Shown here one piece after another: positions 60,612 to 64,000 of a stretch of 64,000 bases of DNA. The first letter of the stretch is position 1. Each line of letters starts with the position of its first letter. Position numbers and translations under genes: made by a program. The notes under the pieces are model-generated. The model was not told where the DNA came from. It worked only from the letters and a program-made list of their open reading frames with translations, and made no database searches. Source of the DNA: Bacteroidales bacterium (GTDB taxonomy: Bacteria > Bacteroidota > Bacteroidia > Bacteroidales > JBDKHP01); assembly GCA_965230435.1 (NCBI GenBank), contig CBDDLB010000006.1, positions 1,928,270 to 1,992,269 on the forward strand, read 5' to 3'.

Positions 60612-61571
60612 TAGAGGTGTTTACTTAGAAACAATTATATTTGCATGAAATAAAAACAATTATGCAAGAATTTCACGGAGAAGATCTCATAAAGTTCATA
60701 GAACGTTTTCCAGACGACAATAGCTGCTATCTTTATCTGTCTGAAATCAAGTGGACTAACGGTTATAAATGTAAAAAGTGCGGTCATACACACTACAGTA
60801 GCGGAAAAAAACATGAACGTACCTGTACCCTTTGTAAACACAGGGAAAGTACAACGGCAGGCACTCTTTTCCACAAGTTGAAATTCGGCATCCGCAAAGC
60901 TTTCCTGATCTGTTTTGAGCTCAGTGCCACGACCAAAGGGATGTCCTCCTCCCAGCTTTCGGAACGTTACGGCATCTCAAGGAAAACAGCCTGGGCATTC
61001 AGCCATAAAGTCAGGCTGGCAATGGAGAGTCAAGGAGATCAGCCGGTTGAAGGGACAGTCCATGTGGACGAGTTTGTTTTCGGTGGCAAAGAGAACGGCA
61101 AACAGGGGCGCAGTTATGATACAAAAAAGAAAAAAGCGGTCTGTGCCGTGGAACTTGATGACAAACAGCAGATTAAAAGGGTGTATTCACAGAAGATCGA
61201 AGATTTTTCTTCCAAATCTCTGCGGGGGATTTTTGAAAAACATATCAGCAGGCAGGCCCAGGTGGTCACTGATGAGTGGAGGGGCTACAGACCGGTCGCT
61301 AAAGATTATAATATTGAGCAGATACCCAGTAGGAAAGGGAAGAATTTCATGCAGCTGCACAATGTGATACATCAGATCAAAAGCTGGATCAGGACGAATT
61401 TTTCCTGGATCGCACCAAAACACACCGATAAATATTTAGCTGAATATTCTTTTAGGATCAACAGATCTATTTTCAAGGGCTCTATATTTCATAAGCTCAT
61501 TGAACGTATGACAAATAGACCTCCTGTGAAATTTATTGACATAGTGGATTGTACTTAAATAAACACCTCTA
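60612..61571 (+). mobile_element. IS1595-family insertion sequence (960 bp) with 8-bp target duplication
   Basis: Inverted ends TAGAGGTGTTTACTTA / TAAATAAACACCTCTA and direct repeats AAAATAAG at 60604..60611 and 61572..61579. The element holds a single transposase ORF. Confidence 0.85.
60662..61558 (+). CDS. IS1595-family (ISXO2-like) DDE transposase with N-terminal zinc ribbon
   Basis: Zn-ribbon (CKKCGHTHY...CTLCKH) followed by an ISXO2-like region (HVDEFVFGG...VTDEWRGY). Confidence 0.85.
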   Translation: MQEFHGEDLIKFIERFPDDNSCYLYLSEIKWTNGYKCKKCGHTHYSSGKKHERTCTLCKHRESTTAGTLFHKLKFGIRKAFLICFELSATTKGMSSSQLSERYGISRKTAWAFSHKVRLAMESQGDQPVEGTVHVDEFVFGGKENGKQGRSYDTKKKKAVCAVELDDKQQIKRVYSQKIEDFSSKSLRGIFEKHISRQAQVVTDEWRGYRPVAKDYNIEQIPSRKGKNFMQLHNVIHQIKSWIRTNFSWIAPKHTDKYLAEYSFRINRSIFKGSIFHKLIERMTNRPPVKFIDIVDCT

Positions 61572-62001
61572 AAAATAAGTATTTGTCAAATGACAGGTAC
61601 AATGCTTCATCGTTAGCATTTATACTTGAAACCCCAGACTTCAAAGGTTTATTTCTTGGCGATGCTTGGCCTTCAGTGATAAAAACTTCCCTTGATAGTA
61701 TTTTTAATGACTTTCCCGTTACTTTTGATTTAATCAAAGTATCACATCATGGAAGTCATTATAACACAACAAAGTATTTAATGGAATTAATAAACAGTGA
61801 GCATTATGTTGTTTCAACCGATAGTTCTCGCTTTGGACATCCAGATATTGAGGCGATAGCAAAGATTATTTGCGCCCCTCAAAGACTTGATAAAAAGATA
61901 AAACTTTGGTTTAATTACCAATTGGAACACATTAGTAAGGTAACGAATAGTCAAGAGGATATATATAAGTTTAAATGCGAATTTGACAAACAAATCATCG
62001 A

Positions 62002-64000
62002 ATGGAAAGAGACCTGTTAAAATATATCTGTGTTAAAGTATCAATTGTGATTGACGGAAATACAAAATTGTTTGGTAGCGGAGCGATGTTTAGGCATAAC
62101 GGAAAAACTTATGTTATTACTGCAGAGCATTGTATTCATGGAGTAAATACAGAGCGATACGAAAACACAACTACTGAAAATATACAAATTCAACACAGGC
62201 TAAATGACCAAGGGGAATTTACCGAAATAGAACCATTCGAAATCGTATTCTTTGACAAAACTTCGGACACAGCATTGTTGGAAGTAAACTACGAAGGTCA
62301 AATTCCTTTTGATATTCATTTTGCAACAGAACTATATTCCAACAATCTCTTTCTAAGAGGTTACCCAAGATGGCTTAAAGGAGATGAAGCAGCAACACAT
62401 CAAGGTATTTTAAAAGAAGAACAAGTATCCAGTTTTATTCTTTTTTCAAGTGATTTTGTTGACACCACAAGATTGAAGGATACGGAAGAATTTACAAAAA
62501 ACTTATCTGGCAGCGGTGTTTTTATCAAAGAAAAAGGAAAAATAACATTAGTCGGCATTGTTTCTGAGCTTAGGGAAGAAGAAGGGATATTAGGGCAGGT
62601 AAAATGCTCAAAACTAAGTAGTATTTTTCAAGAAATAGAGGTTTTTTTTAATAATAATCCTTTGCTTTTGGCATTAAAAAGGCAGAACGATAGACAATTA
62701 GAAAAGCAGATTAATTCAACAAAATACATTAGGAACACATTTATTGAGACAAGAGAACTAAAAGATAATCTCAGATATTTCTGTGCACCTTTCGATTTTA
62801 TTGATAAAACCATTTCGGAGTACCAAAGAATTGACCTAAAACATTTTAATCGCAAACAGGAATTAGCAGGTCGGGAACCAATAGAAAACAATATCAATAG
62901 CATTTTAAAAGATGTTTCTACACTTGACTTTCGAACTTTTGGACAATACATAAATGAGCTTACGGAATACACAAAGTCTCAAATAAAGGAGTTTGAAAAA
63001 ACACCAACTAATGATGCTTCATATGCCAAGCGAAAGTTTGAAAACAAACTAAATGAATTCAAGTATTACAGCAAACGAGTGTTATTAATCCAAGACAATG
63101 CGGGACAAGGAAAAACCAATATTGTTTGTGATTTGGTTGATAAAGTAATTAGTAGAAGAAGTATTCCTTGTGTTTTCAGCACAGGTCAAGGTTACGAGTT
63201 AAATGCAGAAGAAATAAAGCAGTCATTATCAAGACAAATCTATCCTAATGATAACGTAGATTTTAATGATATACTCAAGGAAATTGCACCTTATTGTGAA
63301 CTGAACCACTCACCATTTATAATAATAATTGATGGTCTAAACGAAAATTCAAATCCGCTTTTCAATAGAAAATTAGAGGAGTTTATTTCTGCGGTATTGG
63401 AGTTTCATAATATTAAGGTTATCCTAACATGTAGAACTGAGTATTTTGCGCACACATTTAAAAATCTTCTTTCAGCATCTTTCAAGGAAGAAATAATAAC
63501 GATTACTGACCTAAAAGGACAATTCAATGAAAATCAGAATGAAATTCTTTTTAACGCCTATTTAGACCATTTTAAAGTTGAAATTGCTGAAGTTTCAGAT
63601 GAAGTCTTCAAGCAACTGACAAATAATTTCTTAATGCTAAGAATATTTAGTGAGGCTCATGAAGGTGAACAGTTGCAGAATGTAAAAGATATTTATAAAC
63701 AAAAACTATTTCAACATTATTTCAAAAATAAAATCGAAAACATTACTGAAAATAATAATGAAATTGAGAGAGAAATTTTTGTTCTATTTGAGAGATTGAT
63801 TTCTTACATGATTGTCAAACAGGAATTCACAGATATTCCAATAGATAAAGTCTTAACACCAGAAATAAATAAGGGTGTTATAGATAAGTTTGTTTATGAA
63901 AATGTTTTAATTCGAAAAGATATTAGTGAGAACCCAGGTTCATTTTTTGGAAAGAGTGAGGTTTTGAATTTCACTTTCGATGAGTTTAGGGACTATCTAA
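62002..64000 (+). CDS. trypsin-like serine protease fused to NACHT/STAND P-loop NTPase (5' partial view; ORF continues past window end)
   Basis: I translated this ORF by hand because it is not in the supplied track. It is open from ATG 62002 for 666 codons to the window edge. Protease triad contexts are VITAEHC, SDTALLEV and LSGSGVF. Walker A is QDNAGQGKTN and the NACHT-style Walker B is PFIIIIDGLNEN. The start overlaps the MBL gene's stop by 19 nt. Confidence 0.8.
   Translation, partial: MERDLLKYICVKVSIVIDGNTKLFGSGAMFRHNGKTYVITAEHCIHGVNTERYENTTTENIQIQHRLNDQGEFTEIEPFEIVFFDKTSDTALLEVNYEGQIPFDIHFATELYSNNLFLRGYPRWLKGDEAATHQGILKEEQVSSFILFSSDFVDTTRLKDTEEFTKNLSGSGVFIKEKGKITLVGIVSELREEEGILGQVKCSKLSSIFQEIEVFFNNNPLLLALKRQNDRQLEKQINSTKYIRNTFIETRELKDNLRYFCAPFDFIDKTISEYQRIDLKHFNRKQELAGREPIENNINSILKDVSTLDFRTFGQYINELTEYTKSQIKEFEKTPTNDASYAKRKFENKLNEFKYYSKRVLLIQDNAGQGKTNIVCDLVDKVISRRSIPCVFSTGQGYELNAEEIKQSLSRQIYPNDNVDFNDILKEIAPYCELNHSPFIIIIDGLNENSNPLFNRKLEEFISAVLEFHNIKVILTCRTEYFAHTFKNLLSASFKEEIITITDLKGQFNENQNEILFNAYLDHFKVEIAEVSDEVFKQLTNNFLMLRIFSEAHEGEQLQNVKDIYKQKLFQHYFKNKIENITENNNEIEREIFVLFERLISYMIVKQEFTDIPIDKVLTPEINKGVIDKFVYENVLIRKDISENPGSFFGKSEVLNFTFDEFRDYL

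Larger units (their letters stand above)
59970..62020 (+). pseudogene. MBL-fold metallo-hydrolase gene split by IS1595-family insertion
   Basis: The N-part 59970..60611 carries LIITHIDDDHIKGL and the C-part 61580..62020 carries VSHHGSHYNT. Removing 60612..61579 (IS plus one TSD copy) joins ...GAT AAA AAT AAG | TAT TTG TCA AAT GAC... in frame, giving a 360-aa ORF. Confidence 0.85.

Noticed and set aside
60915-61367. 150-aa alternative-frame ORF inside the IS.
   Set aside because: It overlaps the transposase ORF in another frame, and only the transposase frame has Zn-ribbon and ISXO2-like motifs.

Overview
This 64 kb window looks like a Bacteroidota chromosome. It is AT-rich, encodes lipoprotein-type glycosidases, a T9SS C-terminal sorting domain and a TonB-dependent receptor, and has no rRNA, tRNA or CRISPR that I can see.

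Gene content, left to right:
- Fe-alcohol dehydrogenase.
- A beta-propeller phytase next to a TonB-dependent receptor.
- DUF2141, a membrane thioredoxin, an aquaglyceroporin and a class-3 lipase.
- A glycan-degrading block built from tandem duplicates: GH16 x2, a GH30-like enzyme with CBM32 and a T9SS CTD, and GH5-like x2.
- OmpA-family protein and rsgA.
- Three tandem paralogs (about 1330-1390 aa) of a beta-propeller/YYY periplasmic sensor joined through a TM helix, coiled coil and GAF domain to a PP2C phosphatase.
- TPR protein, gyrA and ung.
- A 1229-aa GH31 with no signal peptide, a Kef-type antiporter and a PAS histidine kinase.
- An EanB-DUF427-EanA cluster (anaerobic-type ergothioneine synthesis).
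- A RAYT-like Y1 transposase bracketed by REP-like hairpins.
- A NuoE/NuoF/NuoG-like operon whose large subunit carries an embedded GltD-type flavoprotein module.
- An AT-rich island at the right edge. It holds an MBL-fold gene cleanly split by an IS1595-family element, translationally coupled to a trypsin-like protease-NACHT/STAND NTPase ORF that runs off the window and is absent from the supplied ORF track.

Several families of structured intergenic repeats are also present.

The most interesting candidates are the MBL + protease-STAND locus (a likely antiphage system, currently IS-disrupted) and the triplicated sensor-PP2C genes, whose coiled-coil stalks differ by whole heptads.
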